Notes under the pieces: model-generated | The model's input: only the letters and a program-made list of their open reading frames with translations | Databases searched by the model: none | Told to the model about the DNA's origin: nothing | In this document: positions 1-9,345 of the stretch, one piece after another | How the letters are laid out: every line of letters starts with the position of its first letter | How positions within the stretch are numbered: the stretch's first letter is position 1 | NCBI RefSeq assembly: GCF_013315695.1 | Contig: NZ_CP054353.1 | Reading direction: 5' to 3' (one strand) | Length of the DNA stretch: 64,000 nt | From: Escherichia coli | GTDB lineage: Bacteria > Pseudomonadota > Gammaproteobacteria > Enterobacterales > Enterobacteriaceae | Made by a program: the position numbers and the translations under genes

Positions 1-30
1 CCGAAGTTCTCAGACAATGGATCACCAGCA

Positions 31-1041
31 ATGAGCGAATTGACAACAAATAAGAGCAACAGCTACCTGGAACAGGCGGCGATCCTGCTGCTGTGTCTGG
101 GCGAAGAGGCGGCGGCAACGGTGATGCAAAAACTCAGCCGTGAAGAAGTGGTGCGCCTGAGCGAAAACATGGCGCGGCTTTCCGGTGTCAAAACCAGCAT
201 GGCGCGCAAAGTGATCAACAACTTCTTTGATGAGTTCCGCGAACAGAGCGGGATCAATGGCGCGTCGCGATCTATGTTGCAGGGCATTCTCAACAAAGCG
301 CTAGGCACCGAGATCGCCAGCAGCGTGATCAACGGCATCTACGGCGATGAGATCCGCTCGCGGATGGCGCGACTGCAATGGGTGGAACCGCGCCAGCTGG
401 CGATGCTGATCTCCGAAGAGCATCTGCAATTGCAGGCAGTATTCCTCGCGTTTCTGACGCCGGAAATCTCGGCGGCGGTGCTCTCGTATCTCAATGAATC
501 GGTGCAAAACGAAATTCTCTATCGGGTGGCGAAACTCAACGACGTCAACCGCGACGTGGTGGATGAACTGGACAGGCTGATTGAACGCGGCCTGTCGGTG
601 CTTTCGGAGCACGGCTCGAAGGTGAAAGGCATCAAACAGGCGGCGGATATCGTCAACCGCTTCCAGGGCAACCAGCAGGTGATCCTCGACCAGATGCGCG
701 AGCGCGACGAAGACGTGCTGGAGCAGCTTCAGGATGAGATGTACGACTTCTTTATCCTCAGCCGCCAGAACGAAGAGGTGCGTCGACGTCTGCTCGACGA
801 AGTACCGATGGAAGACTGGGCGGTAGCGCTGAAAGGCACCGAAGCCCTGTTGCGCCGTTCCATTTACGCGGTGATGCCAAAACGTCAGGCGCAGCAACTG
901 GAAGCGATCACCGCGCGTCTGGGGCCGGTGCCGGTCAGCCGTATCGAACAGATCCGCCGCGAAATCATGGGCATTGCCCGTGAACTGGAAGAGGCGGGCG
1001 AAATTCAGCTACAGCTCTTTGCGGAACAGACGGCGGAGTAA
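31..1041 (+). CDS. lfiG: Flagellar rotor/switch protein, FliG family (Flag-2 LfiG)
   Basis: 336-aa ORF of FliG-like length and helical composition; first gene of a colinear fliG-H-I-J-like block; Flag-2 assignment follows from position upstream of dinB. Confidence 0.8.
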   Translation: MSELTTNKSNSYLEQAAILLLCLGEEAAATVMQKLSREEVVRLSENMARLSGVKTSMARKVINNFFDEFREQSGINGASRSMLQGILNKALGTEIASSVINGIYGDEIRSRMARLQWVEPRQLAMLISEEHLQLQAVFLAFLTPEISAAVLSYLNESVQNEILYRVAKLNDVNRDVVDELDRLIERGLSVLSEHGSKVKGIKQAADIVNRFQGNQQVILDQMRERDEDVLEQLQDEMYDFFILSRQNEEVRRRLLDEVPMEDWAVALKGTEALLRRSIYAVMPKRQAQQLEAITARLGPVPVSRIEQIRREIMGIARELEEAGEIQLQLFAEQTAE

Positions 1042-1043
1042 CC

Positions 1044-1754
1044 ATGACCATTGAAACACTGCGCGGGCGCTATCGCCTGCACCGTTTTCCGCCGCGCCAG
1101 CGTGCGGTGACCGGAGAACCGCTCACCGCCAGCATTAGCGCCGCCGATTACCAGCGCCAGTTGATGGACGGTTTTCAGGAAGGGCTGCAAAAAGGGTTTG
1201 CTCAGGGAATGACCGAAGGCCAGGAGCAGGGCTTTAGCGAAGGTCATCAACAAGGTTTTGCCGAGGGGCGACGCCAGGGCTACACCGAAGGCAGCCTCGC
1301 CGGGCAGCAGGAAGGGCGCAAACAGTTTGTTGACGCGGCACAGCCGCTGGAAGCCATCAGCGGAAAAGTGAACGACTTTCTCGCCCATATCGAACGCAAA
1401 CAGCGGGAAGATTTGCTGCAACTGGTGGAAAAAGTCACCCGCCAGGTGATCCGCTGCGAACTGGCGCTGCAACCGACGCAGTTGCTGGCGCTGGTGGAAG
1501 AGGCACTGGCGGCCTTCCCGGCAATGCCGGAGACCCTCCAAGTGATGCTAAGTACGGAAGAATTTAACCGCTTGCGCGACGCGGTGCCGGAAAAGGTCAG
1601 CGAATGGGGGCTGACGCCTTCGCCGGATCTGCCGCCGGGTGAATGCCGGGTGATCACCGATAAATCCGAACTGGATATCGGCTGCGAGCACCGCCTGGAA
1701 CAATGCATGACCGCGCTACAAGAGACGCTAACGCCGGAGTCACAGGGTGAGTGA
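1044..1754 (+). CDS. lfiH: Flagellar export ATPase regulator, FliH family (LfiH)
   Basis: 236 aa, Glu/Gln-rich repeats (EGxxxGF) typical of FliH; immediately precedes the FliI-like ATPase with 8-nt overlap. Confidence 0.7.
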   Translation: MTIETLRGRYRLHRFPPRQRAVTGEPLTASISAADYQRQLMDGFQEGLQKGFAQGMTEGQEQGFSEGHQQGFAEGRRQGYTEGSLAGQQEGRKQFVDAAQPLEAISGKVNDFLAHIERKQREDLLQLVEKVTRQVIRCELALQPTQLLALVEEALAAFPAMPETLQVMLSTEEFNRLRDAVPEKVSEWGLTPSPDLPPGECRVITDKSELDIGCEHRLEQCMTALQETLTPESQGE

Positions 1755-3084
1755 TTTTTCCGCTTTCGATAACGCCCTGCGCTCGCTGGAGTCGATCCCG
1801 CTGGCCCGCGTCGCCGGGCGGCTGGTGCGCCTTAATGGCATCCTGCTGGAGAGCGTCGGCTGCCCGCTAATGACCGGGCAGCTGTGTCGCATCGAAAGCG
1901 CCAACCACACGCTTATCGACGCGCAGGCCGTAGGCTTTAATCGCGATATCACTTACTTAATGCCGTTTAAACAGCCGGTCGGCCTGATGGCGGGGGCGCG
2001 CGTCTTCCCGGAAGAAAAAGCCCACGACATCCTGATTGGCGAAAGCTGGTTAGGCCGCGTGGTTAACGGCCTCGGCGAACCGCTGGATGGCAAAGGCCGC
2101 CTGAACGGCAACGACCTTCTGCCGCCGCTGCCGCCGTCGGTTAATCCCTTAACCCGCCGTTCGGTGGACGAACCGCTGGACGTGGGCGTGAAAGCGATCA
2201 ACGGCCTGCTGACCATCGGCAAAGGCCAGCGTGTCGGGCTGATGGCGGGCAGCGGCGTCGGGAAAAGCGTGCTGCTGGGGATGATCACCCGCCAGACCAA
2301 AGCCGACATTGTGGTGGTCGGGTTGATTGGCGAACGCGGGCGCGAAGTAAAAGAGTTTATCGACCACTCGCTGGGCGCGGACGGGCTGGCAAAGTCTATC
2401 GTCGTCGTCGCGCCCGCCGATGAATCGCCGCTGATGCGCCTGAAAGCCACCGAACTGTGCCACTCCATCGCCGCCTGGTTTCGCGACCGCGGGCATCACG
2501 TTTTACTGCTGGTGGATTCCCTGACCCGTTACGCGATGGCCCAGCGGGAAATAGCTCTCTCGCTCGGCGAACCGCCCGCCACCAAAGGCTATCCGCCGTC
2601 GGCATTCGGCATGATCCCCAAACTGGTCGAGAGCGCAGGCAACAGCGAAAGCGCGGGATCGATGACCGCCATCTACACCGTGTTGGCGGAAGGCGACGAT
2701 CAGCAAGATCCGATTGTCGACTGCGCCCGTGCGGTGCTGGACGGGCATATCGTATTAACCCGCAAACTGGCGGAAGCGGGGCACTATCCGGCTATTGATA
2801 TCGGCCAGTCGATCAGCCGTTGCATGAATCAGGTGACCAGCCTGGAACATCAGCAATCCGCCCGTGCGTTAAAGCAAAACTACGCCGCGTATATGGAGAT
2901 CAAACCGCTGATCCCGCTCGGCGGCTACGTGGCAGGTGCCGACGCCAGCGTCGACAAAGCGGTAAAAATGTTCCCGGCTATCGAGCGTTTTTTGCGCCAG
3001 GAGATGCGCGAACCTGCCTCCCTGGAACTGGTGCAAAGCCGCCTGCAAATTCTCTTTCCTGGTGTCAAAAAGGCAGAACAGTAA
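1747..3084 (+). CDS. lfiI: Flagellum-specific ATPase, FliI family (LfiI)
   Basis: 445 aa; Walker A GSGVGKS and F1/T3SS-ATPase-like core visible in translation. Confidence 0.9.
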   Translation: MSDFSAFDNALRSLESIPLARVAGRLVRLNGILLESVGCPLMTGQLCRIESANHTLIDAQAVGFNRDITYLMPFKQPVGLMAGARVFPEEKAHDILIGESWLGRVVNGLGEPLDGKGRLNGNDLLPPLPPSVNPLTRRSVDEPLDVGVKAINGLLTIGKGQRVGLMAGSGVGKSVLLGMITRQTKADIVVVGLIGERGREVKEFIDHSLGADGLAKSIVVVAPADESPLMRLKATELCHSIAAWFRDRGHHVLLLVDSLTRYAMAQREIALSLGEPPATKGYPPSAFGMIPKLVESAGNSESAGSMTAIYTVLAEGDDQQDPIVDCARAVLDGHIVLTRKLAEAGHYPAIDIGQSISRCMNQVTSLEHQQSARALKQNYAAYMEIKPLIPLGGYVAGADASVDKAVKMFPAIERFLRQEMREPASLELVQSRLQILFPGVKKAEQ

Positions 3085-3086
3085 CC

Positions 3087-3521
3087 ATGCGACAAATCAT
3101 CGACACCCTGGCGCAGTTGCAGCGCCTGCGGGATAAATCGGTCAAAGACAAAACCGTCGAGCTGGCAAAGCAAAAACAGATTTGTGCGGGTTATGACAAC
3201 AATATCAAAGCATTAGGCTACCTGGTGGAGAAAACATCTGCGGGCGCGGCAGCGTCGGTGGAATCGCTGAAAAACGTCAGCGACTACAAAGGCACCTTGC
3301 GCAAGGTGATCGCCTGGCAGGAGCAGGAAAAAACGCTGGCTAACATCAAAGCCACGCGAATGCAGAAAAACCTGACGGCGGCGGCGTGCGAAGAGAAAGT
3401 GGTGGCCCTGACGCTGGACGACAAACGCCGCGAGCAGCAAGAAAGTGCCACGGCGAAAGCGCAAAAAGCGGTGGATGACATCGCCGTCCAGTGCTGGCTG
3501 CGGCATAAGTTAGCGGAGTAG
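3087..3521 (+). CDS. lfiJ: Flagellar export chaperone-like protein, FliJ family (LfiJ)
   Basis: 144 aa coiled-coil-type protein; ATG at 3087 two nt after the fliI-like stop; position after the ATPase gene. Confidence 0.6.
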   Translation: MRQIIDTLAQLQRLRDKSVKDKTVELAKQKQICAGYDNNIKALGYLVEKTSAGAAASVESLKNVSDYKGTLRKVIAWQEQEKTLANIKATRMQKNLTAAACEEKVVALTLDDKRREQQESATAKAQKAVDDIAVQCWLRHKLAE

Positions 3522-3523
3522 CC

Positions 3524-3928
3524 ATGAAAACGGTCATCACCTTCGGCACCTTCGATGTGTTTCATGTCGGTCATCTGCGCCTTTTACAACGCGCCCGCAC
3601 GCTGGGCGAACGGCTGCTGGTCGGCGTATCGTCCGACGCCTTAAATATCGCCAAAAAGGGCAGAGCACCGGTTTACCCTCAGGATGACCGCATGTCGATC
3701 ATCGCCGGGCTGGCGTGCGTGGATGGCGTATTTCTGGAGGAATCGCTGGAGCAGAAAGCGGAGTATCTGCGGGGGTACCGTGCGGATATTTTAGTGATGG
3801 GCGATGACTGGGCAGGAAAGTTTGACAGCTTCGCGTATATTTGTGAGGTAGTGTATTTCCCCCGCACGCCGTCGGTGTCGACGACGGGGATTATTGAGGT
3901 GATTAGGGGTAAATCAGCCACCTACTGA
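3524..3928 (+). CDS. Cytidylyltransferase (glycerol-3-phosphate cytidylyltransferase TagD-like, nucleotidyltransferase superfamily)
   Basis: 134 aa; N-terminal FGTFDVFHVGH (HxGH) motif; ATG 2 nt after the lfiJ stop with GGAG upstream, so translationally coupled to the flagellar operon. Confidence 0.75.
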   Translation: MKTVITFGTFDVFHVGHLRLLQRARTLGERLLVGVSSDALNIAKKGRAPVYPQDDRMSIIAGLACVDGVFLEESLEQKAEYLRGYRADILVMGDDWAGKFDSFAYICEVVYFPRTPSVSTTGIIEVIRGKSATY

Positions 3929-3976
3929 TTTAATTCCCGCAGTGAGAGAAGATGATGCCGTTTGGCTATGTTAAAT

Positions 3977-4079
3977 ATGTTTAAAAAATCGCGTTTTTTC
4001 GACATATCCCCAAAACATGTCGATGGCATAAACGTATTCCAACGACATGTTTAAAAATCGCATTTTATCGACATATCCC
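3977..4079. repeat. Two ~34-bp direct repeats (ATGTTTAAAAA-TCGACATATCCC) in the convergent intergenic region
   Basis: Copies at 3977-4010 and 4047-4079, each with an internal ACATGTCGA/TCGACAT inverted motif; the second overlaps the glycosyltransferase stop. Confidence 0.4.
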
Positions 4080-6521
4080 TGACGATTCCTTGCCCGCCAA
4101 CGCCTCCACAATCACCATCGTCGCCCGTTCTCCCGCCTTGCCATCCATAAACGCATCGCAATAGTGATGACGAATCTTCGTAAGCCGCGCCTGCACCGCC
4201 CCCCAGTCAAACGCCTCTGACAACAAGTAACGCAACTCTGCCATATCATGAGCCACCGGCAATATTTCGCGGATTTGCTGATCGGCGCTCTCCGGCGTGG
4301 AGTAGCTTTTCTCGCCGTCGAGCAATTCACTCATGCCCGGAAAGTCGAGCAGGATCACCCGCTTATCAACGTGGATAGCATCGAAAATAAAGCCGCTGTT
4401 ATCGGTCAGCACGTAATCGGCCTTTGCCAGCAGCGCCAGCGTGTGACGGGCGGAGTCGGTGCGCTGTTTTAAATGCCTGCGAGCCAGGGCCAGCGATGCA
4501 GCTTCTTCCGGGCGCGAGCAGGTGCCGTGGTGCAGTTTGCAAATCAGGTTCACATCATCGCTTAAGCGCCCCAATTTTTCTGCCCAGTGGGGCAGGGAGC
4601 TTAATGCGCCAAACGTTGGGGCGTAGAGTACGGTGGGTTTACGCTCGTCCAGTTTGATATTTTCCGGCAACGCGCGGTCGAACGTGGCGTTATGCCAGGC
4701 GTCGAAGCGCGGGTTGCCGACCACTATTGCGTTGCTGAGGTGCGCCAGCGCCTGCTGGCTGTAGTGGCTGTAACACAAAATGCGCTGATAAAAACGGTTC
4801 CAGTCGGCGTGGTTCCACGTTTCTTTGGCTAAGCCGTACATGGCGCGAATGTTCAGGGGGGAAAGGCCACTGAGCGCAGGCGTGTGATAGGGGCTGACCA
4901 GGCATTTTACTCGCTGACCGTGTGCCTGCATTTCTGACAGACGCATACCTTTAAGCTGCGGATCGTCGATGTTTTTCAGTGTTTCCAGCATCTCATCCAG
5001 AAACGGTTTAAACACGCGGTCATTGATCACCAGTGTGCAGCTCTGCCCCTGCGCCTGCAGGGCGGTGATGATTGGGCGGTAGAGCGCGTAGTGGAATGAG
5101 GTTTCCATAAAAAAGCCGATGGTATCGGCGATAGGTAATGTAGATGGCTTGGTGGCTACGGGTAACTTATTGAAGTAGTGGTTAATGTTATCAGTCGCTT
5201 TTTTCTCGATATCACTAAAGCCCGGTCGCTGATAACAAAGGCTCGGGTAACAGGCCAGCCATTTGTCGGTGCGCAGCAGCGGCTGCCAGCCGTCTTCCAG
5301 CGAATGCTCATCGTTGTTCATCTGCTGCGCCAGCTGCGGGTAGTAGCGGCGGTTCACCAGATAAGCGCACACTTTGCGGCAGTCCCGCGCGTGCACCAGC
5401 CCAGGCAAACTTTTTAGCATCGTTCCCTGCGAAATTTCGCCGCCGAGGATCATCACCTGCCAGGGAATTTTCGCCAGGCTCGCCAGCAGCGCGTTCAGCA
5501 CCTGAATATGTTTCTCCTGTTTGAGAATAACCGCGTCATCTTCCAGCAGCAGGTAGTTTTGCCAGCCGCGTTGTTGCGCCAGACGCAGTGCCTGCAAGTG
5601 TGATTGCTGGCGGCCCCGTTGACCGTTTTCATTTTCACTGGCGGCAAGGCGGGTGATCTTCTCAGGAGGAATATGCAGCAATGTGAGTTCTTCACGGATC
5701 TGCTGTAAGCGATCCGGGCGTTTATCCAGATTCAGCAGAACGATCTGATCGATCGCCTGATGATGAGTGGCGTTATGCAGACTCAGATAAGCATTGCGGA
5801 GCAGCGGATCGCGGACGATATCCGTAAGCGTCGCGTTTACTGGCGTGCTGGCCCCGAGAATAAAGTCTTTATCAAAGGTGTTGTGGCTGTGCGAGATACA
5901 CAAAATCGTGCGCTCGCCGGGCAGTTGTAGCGGGTTAACGCTGAAATTGTCGGTGAAACTTTTCTCTTCGCCTAAATTGCAATCGTCATCGTAGCGGTGC
6001 TTTTTCAGGTAGTTACGGTGATAGCAAAAGGTGCCGTTGAGGATGTTATGCGGGCCGAAGCTGCGGCTTTGAAAGATGCGATTGATGTGGCTGTACCAGA
6101 TGGGGATCTGGTCGGAACCGGAGATGAGCGCCCGGTTTTTTTGCATCATAGCGATGGTGTAAGAGATTTTATCTGCCGGGTAGTAGTCGTCATCGTCCAT
6201 GCAGAGGATGTATTCGCCGCGCGCCAGTTCGTTGAGCATATTGCGTTTTTTGCCCAGCGGCAGTTTTTCCGGGTGATGGATGTAGCGGATGTTGAAGGCT
6301 TCCGGTGTGCCATTGGTCAGGCGGTCGATGATGTGTTGATGGCTTTGCGGGGAATCGTCGAGGATGATGAGTTCGCGGCGGTCTGCCGGGTAGTCCTGAT
6401 AGCGGTACATATAAAGCAGGTACGGCAGGAATGCGCTGCGGTTCCAGGTTGGCGTGACGACGCTGACGGACGGTTTTTCGCGCTGGGTGGCGAGTGTTTT
6501 GATAATGGTTGGTGTTGGCAT
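4065..6521 (-). CDS. Large multidomain glycosyltransferase (GT-A family 2-like + GT25-like + CDP-glycerol glycerophosphotransferase-like domains)
   Basis: N-terminal VSVVTPTWNR and CMDDDDYY (DxD) GT-A motifs; central LLNLDKRPDR GT25-like motif; C-terminal TagB/TagF-like region. The ORF track begins at a GTG (6593) inside a repeat, so ATG at 6521 is preferred. Confidence 0.75.
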   Translation of the reverse strand: MPTPTIIKTLATQREKPSVSVVTPTWNRSAFLPYLLYMYRYQDYPADRRELIILDDSPQSHQHIIDRLTNGTPEAFNIRYIHHPEKLPLGKKRNMLNELARGEYILCMDDDDYYPADKISYTIAMMQKNRALISGSDQIPIWYSHINRIFQSRSFGPHNILNGTFCYHRNYLKKHRYDDDCNLGEEKSFTDNFSVNPLQLPGERTILCISHSHNTFDKDFILGASTPVNATLTDIVRDPLLRNAYLSLHNATHHQAIDQIVLLNLDKRPDRLQQIREELTLLHIPPEKITRLAASENENGQRGRQQSHLQALRLAQQRGWQNYLLLEDDAVILKQEKHIQVLNALLASLAKIPWQVMILGGEISQGTMLKSLPGLVHARDCRKVCAYLVNRRYYPQLAQQMNNDEHSLEDGWQPLLRTDKWLACYPSLCYQRPGFSDIEKKATDNINHYFNKLPVATKPSTLPIADTIGFFMETSFHYALYRPIITALQAQGQSCTLVINDRVFKPFLDEMLETLKNIDDPQLKGMRLSEMQAHGQRVKCLVSPYHTPALSGLSPLNIRAMYGLAKETWNHADWNRFYQRILCYSHYSQQALAHLSNAIVVGNPRFDAWHNATFDRALPENIKLDERKPTVLYAPTFGALSSLPHWAEKLGRLSDDVNLICKLHHGTCSRPEEAASLALARRHLKQRTDSARHTLALLAKADYVLTDNSGFIFDAIHVDKRVILLDFPGMSELLDGEKSYSTPESADQQIREILPVAHDMAELRYLLSEAFDWGAVQARLTKIRHHYCDAFMDGKAGERATMVIVEALAGKESSGICR

Positions 6522-6570
6522 GGTGTTTGGGTGAGTTAATGGGTGAATGTGATGAATGTGCGTGCTGATG

Positions 6571-6680
6571 CCCTCACCCCGACCCTCTCCCACAGGGAGA
6601 GGGAGAAAACCAGCGCCGATTTTAACACCGTGCTCGATCGGTTCCCTCGCCCCTTTGGGGAGAGGGTTAGGGGGAGGGGA
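6571..6680. repeat. GC-rich double palindromic intergenic element
   Basis: CCCTCTCCC-ACA-GGGAGAGGG (6583-6603) and CCCTCGCCCC-TTT-GGGGAGAGGG (6644-6666), flanked by CCCTCACCCC and GGGGGAGGGG. Confidence 0.45.
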
Positions 6681-6699
6681 AAAGCGCGCACAGAGCGAC

Positions 6700-7629
6700 T
6701 CACGTCAGCAGCGAAAATGCTGACAGCAGCGGCTCTGCCGCACATAACGACTGGAGCTGCTGGCGAATCGCCGCAGCATTTTCACTCTCTCGCCAGCGTT
6801 CAAACACCGCAAAAAGGGCGAAAATATCCTCCTTCCGCAGCGGTGAACCATCCAGCGTCCATAAACTGATTAACGTGCGGATGAGATAAAAATCACACAC
6901 CAGCGGGCAATAATCTGCTCCGTCTGCCTGCCCAATCACGTCGTGATAAACGCGGTAAATCAGCCAGTTGCGCATCATCCACGGCGCGGCGGCAAAATGC
7001 TGTTGCCAGGTGGTTTGCCACTGCACCTTAAGCTGCTGTTGCAACAAAGCTTCGCTGTTGGCGTCATGCAACGTCAGCAAAGTCACCTGCAACGGTAGCG
7101 AGGCTTTGCGCGGGCTTTCCGGCAAAATCGACCAGTCAAACGCAAAACTCCCGAGCAGCGTCACCAGTTGGCGCGCCAGTTGTGGCACGGGTGGGAGTTG
7201 GGCGAACTGTGCCTGTAGCGTGCCTTTTTGTGCATGATCCCCCAGCGCCTGTGGCAGCGTCGTCAAGCGGGCAAGAATATCTCCGTCTCTGCCCGGCATT
7301 TTACTGGCGCGGGAGAGCAAAATCCCGACGGCATACAGGGAAAGCTCCGGGGTTAAATCGGGGAGCGTAAGGGTGCTCAAAATGGCCTGGTTTACTATCG
7401 CATCGCGCGCGGATAGCTCGGCGGCATTGTCTTCCACAGGGCGGTAGGTGAGCTGTAAATCAAAGGCCCTGGCATCGTTGAGCACCGCTTTGCAACTTTC
7501 AATATCGGTCAATGCCAGGCTCTGGCGAATCTCATTCTTCCAGACCTTGCGGACGTACAAAGGCGAATCGGGATATTGCGTCATAAAATTGCGCACGTAT
7601 TCCGGTTCGTAACATTCAATAAAACTCAT
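6700..7629 (-). CDS. Hypothetical protein (unknown function) downstream of the flgN-like gene
   Basis: ORF track 6700..7668 begins with TTG; internal ATG (MSFIECYEP) at 7629 with a GGAAG-like SD is preferred; no recognisable motif. Confidence 0.45.
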   Translation of the reverse strand: MSFIECYEPEYVRNFMTQYPDSPLYVRKVWKNEIRQSLALTDIESCKAVLNDARAFDLQLTYRPVEDNAAELSARDAIVNQAILSTLTLPDLTPELSLYAVGILLSRASKMPGRDGDILARLTTLPQALGDHAQKGTLQAQFAQLPPVPQLARQLVTLLGSFAFDWSILPESPRKASLPLQVTLLTLHDANSEALLQQQLKVQWQTTWQQHFAAAPWMMRNWLIYRVYHDVIGQADGADYCPLVCDFYLIRTLISLWTLDGSPLRKEDIFALFAVFERWRESENAAAIRQQLQSLCAAEPLLSAFSLLT

Positions 7630-7756
7630 AGGTGGCTTCCAGTCTTTATTACTTTGCGGAATGTGCAATAAGCGTGCCGGGAATTTTTGTAATCAAAAAC
7701 AAGGGATTGAGAATCAGGCGGAAAATCCGTTTCCGCGATGGGGGAAGGAATTGTCG

Positions 7757-8185
7757 TTATTCCTGGTACAGAAAATCTGTTTCGCCGCCTAAAAAAAACT
7801 GAATAAATTCATACTGGCGAATCAACAGCTCGCCGTTTTTGTCGTTGTAGGCTTTGCAGCGTTCCGCTTTTTGCTCAAGGCGTTGCCACAACTGTTGTGC
7901 TGCTGCTTTTTGCACAGCCGGAAGCCAGGCAAAAACCTGCGCCAGACCGTCACGATTTACACTGACATTAAGCATTTTCAGCAGGCTGTGCCGCTGATGG
8001 CTATGCCCATGCAACTGTTCATAGTGCTGCGTTATCTCGTCGTTTACCGCCAGCAGATCTTCGCTGGCGCGGCGAATCATGCAGATCCGCTGACGCTGGA
8101 GAAGTTCGCGCAGGGAATCGTACAGTGCGTCGTCGTCACGAATGCCCTGCAACAACGCCTTCACCTGTTGTAACCGGATACTCAC
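7757..8185 (-). CDS. lfgN: Flagellar chaperone FlgN family (LfgN)
   Basis: 142 aa; position downstream of the flgM-like gene in a flgA-flgM-flgN-like minus-strand operon. Confidence 0.65.
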   Translation of the reverse strand: MSIRLQQVKALLQGIRDDDALYDSLRELLQRQRICMIRRASEDLLAVNDEITQHYEQLHGHSHQRHSLLKMLNVSVNRDGLAQVFAWLPAVQKAAAQQLWQRLEQKAERCKAYNDKNGELLIRQYEFIQFFLGGETDFLYQE

Positions 8186-8197
8186 TTCATCGGCCTC

Positions 8198-8476
8198 TTA
8201 GTTCTGGAAAAAACTCAGCATGTCGCTGGCTAACTGTTCGGTGTCCACTTGCAGGCTGCCGGACGCCAGCATCGCCTGCATTTGCGCCACTTTATCGCTG
8301 TCGATATCGCTCTCTTGCTGGTCGTTCAGCGTTTGCTGGGCAGACTGCAATCCCGCCTGGGTAATGTCGTCTGCGCTCTGCGTAGTGGTGGTGGTCGCCG
8401 TGCTTTTGCGTGGCTGGCTGGAGCCAGCCGTTGTGGCTGTCGGGCGATTGCCTGGCATAGTCGGGGTGATTTTCAT
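8198..8476 (-). CDS. lfgM: Anti-sigma-28 factor FlgM family (LfgM)
   Basis: 92 aa; Ser/Thr-rich N-terminus and conserved C-terminal helical region typical of FlgM. Confidence 0.7.
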   Translation of the reverse strand: MKITPTMPGNRPTATTAGSSQPRKSTATTTTTQSADDITQAGLQSAQQTLNDQQESDIDSDKVAQMQAMLASGSLQVDTEQLASDMLSFFQN

Positions 8477-8556
8477 CGCAACCTCGTCTCGGTATTTAGG
8501 TGGGTTACTCCAGTAAAGCGGTTAACAGGCGGCAAAACTTTAATCGCCTGCGCAAA

Positions 8557-9315
8557 TTACTCCGCGCTTACCGTCGTCACCACGCCGCTTTCTGCCACCC
8601 TCGCGCTAATGACCCGCTGGCTGCTGGCGTTACGCACTTTCACCATCTCGCCCTTACGACCATTTTTCAGCGCCACGCCGGGCATCGAGGCGCTGAGCCC
8701 CGCGCTCTGGTAAACAATCATCACCGGTTGATCGCGCTCGACCAGCACCGGAGATATCAGTTCTTCTTTGGTGATTGGCCTGCCCGGTTGCAGCGCGTGT
8801 TTACTGCTGAAACCAATCGCGTCATTGGGTTCCATCAACACCTCCCGGTGCTGGGCACTGACGTTGTAAGGCTTCAACTCCACATCATTCGCCGTGAGCG
8901 GCGTATCGCGGGCAACCAGTGACTTTGCCATCACCACCGGCACCAGAACATCCGGGCGTACCGCGACGTTCATCTGCCAGCTTTGCGGGCAACTGACGGT
9001 GAAGTTCATCCGGTTGAGGGCGATTTCCGCAGGCGAAGTCAGCGTGACGCCGGGGGCCGTAGCGCAGGGCGTGGCGGTCGCAATCTGCGAGGGAATGTAG
9101 ACCTTAAAGGTGTAGCGATAGTCATGCCACTGCCGTTGTTGCGCCAGCGATTCAATCTGCTGGCTCGCGGCATTCAGCACCTGGGCGTTGACTTGTTCCC
9201 GCGCGCTGTGTTGCACGGGGTGGACGGCGGCGTAGCCCGGTAAGGTCAGCGCCAGGAGGAAATAAAACTTCCGCCTGCAAAATTGAAAACTCATAAACCC
9301 TTTCTCATCAGTCAC
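8557..9315 (-). CDS. lfgA: Flagellar P-ring assembly chaperone FlgA family (LfgA)
   Basis: 252 aa with N-terminal signal peptide; divergent from the flgB-like operon as in canonical flg loci; alternative start at second Met. Confidence 0.7.
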   Translation of the reverse strand: MTDEKGFMSFQFCRRKFYFLLALTLPGYAAVHPVQHSAREQVNAQVLNAASQQIESLAQQRQWHDYRYTFKVYIPSQIATATPCATAPGVTLTSPAEIALNRMNFTVSCPQSWQMNVAVRPDVLVPVVMAKSLVARDTPLTANDVELKPYNVSAQHREVLMEPNDAIGFSSKHALQPGRPITKEELISPVLVERDQPVMIVYQSAGLSASMPGVALKNGRKGEMVKVRNASSQRVISARVAESGVVTTVSAE

Positions 9316-9345
9316 TTAAAAAATGGCACGGCAATTGCTTAGCGT

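Noticed and set aside
63-3574. Numerous antisense or overlapping ORFs on the opposite strand of the flagellar genes (for example 301..897, 1005..1541, 1953..2468)
   Set aside because: These are typical spurious open frames in GC-rich coding DNA; the sense-strand genes have clear flagellar protein motifs and operon spacing.
8220-9100. Plus-strand ORFs overlapping the flgM-like and flgA-like genes (8220..8516, 8249..8713, 8500..8922, 8894..9100)
   Set aside because: They lie antisense to well-supported flagellar genes and have Arg/Cys-rich composition typical of out-of-frame GC-rich translation.
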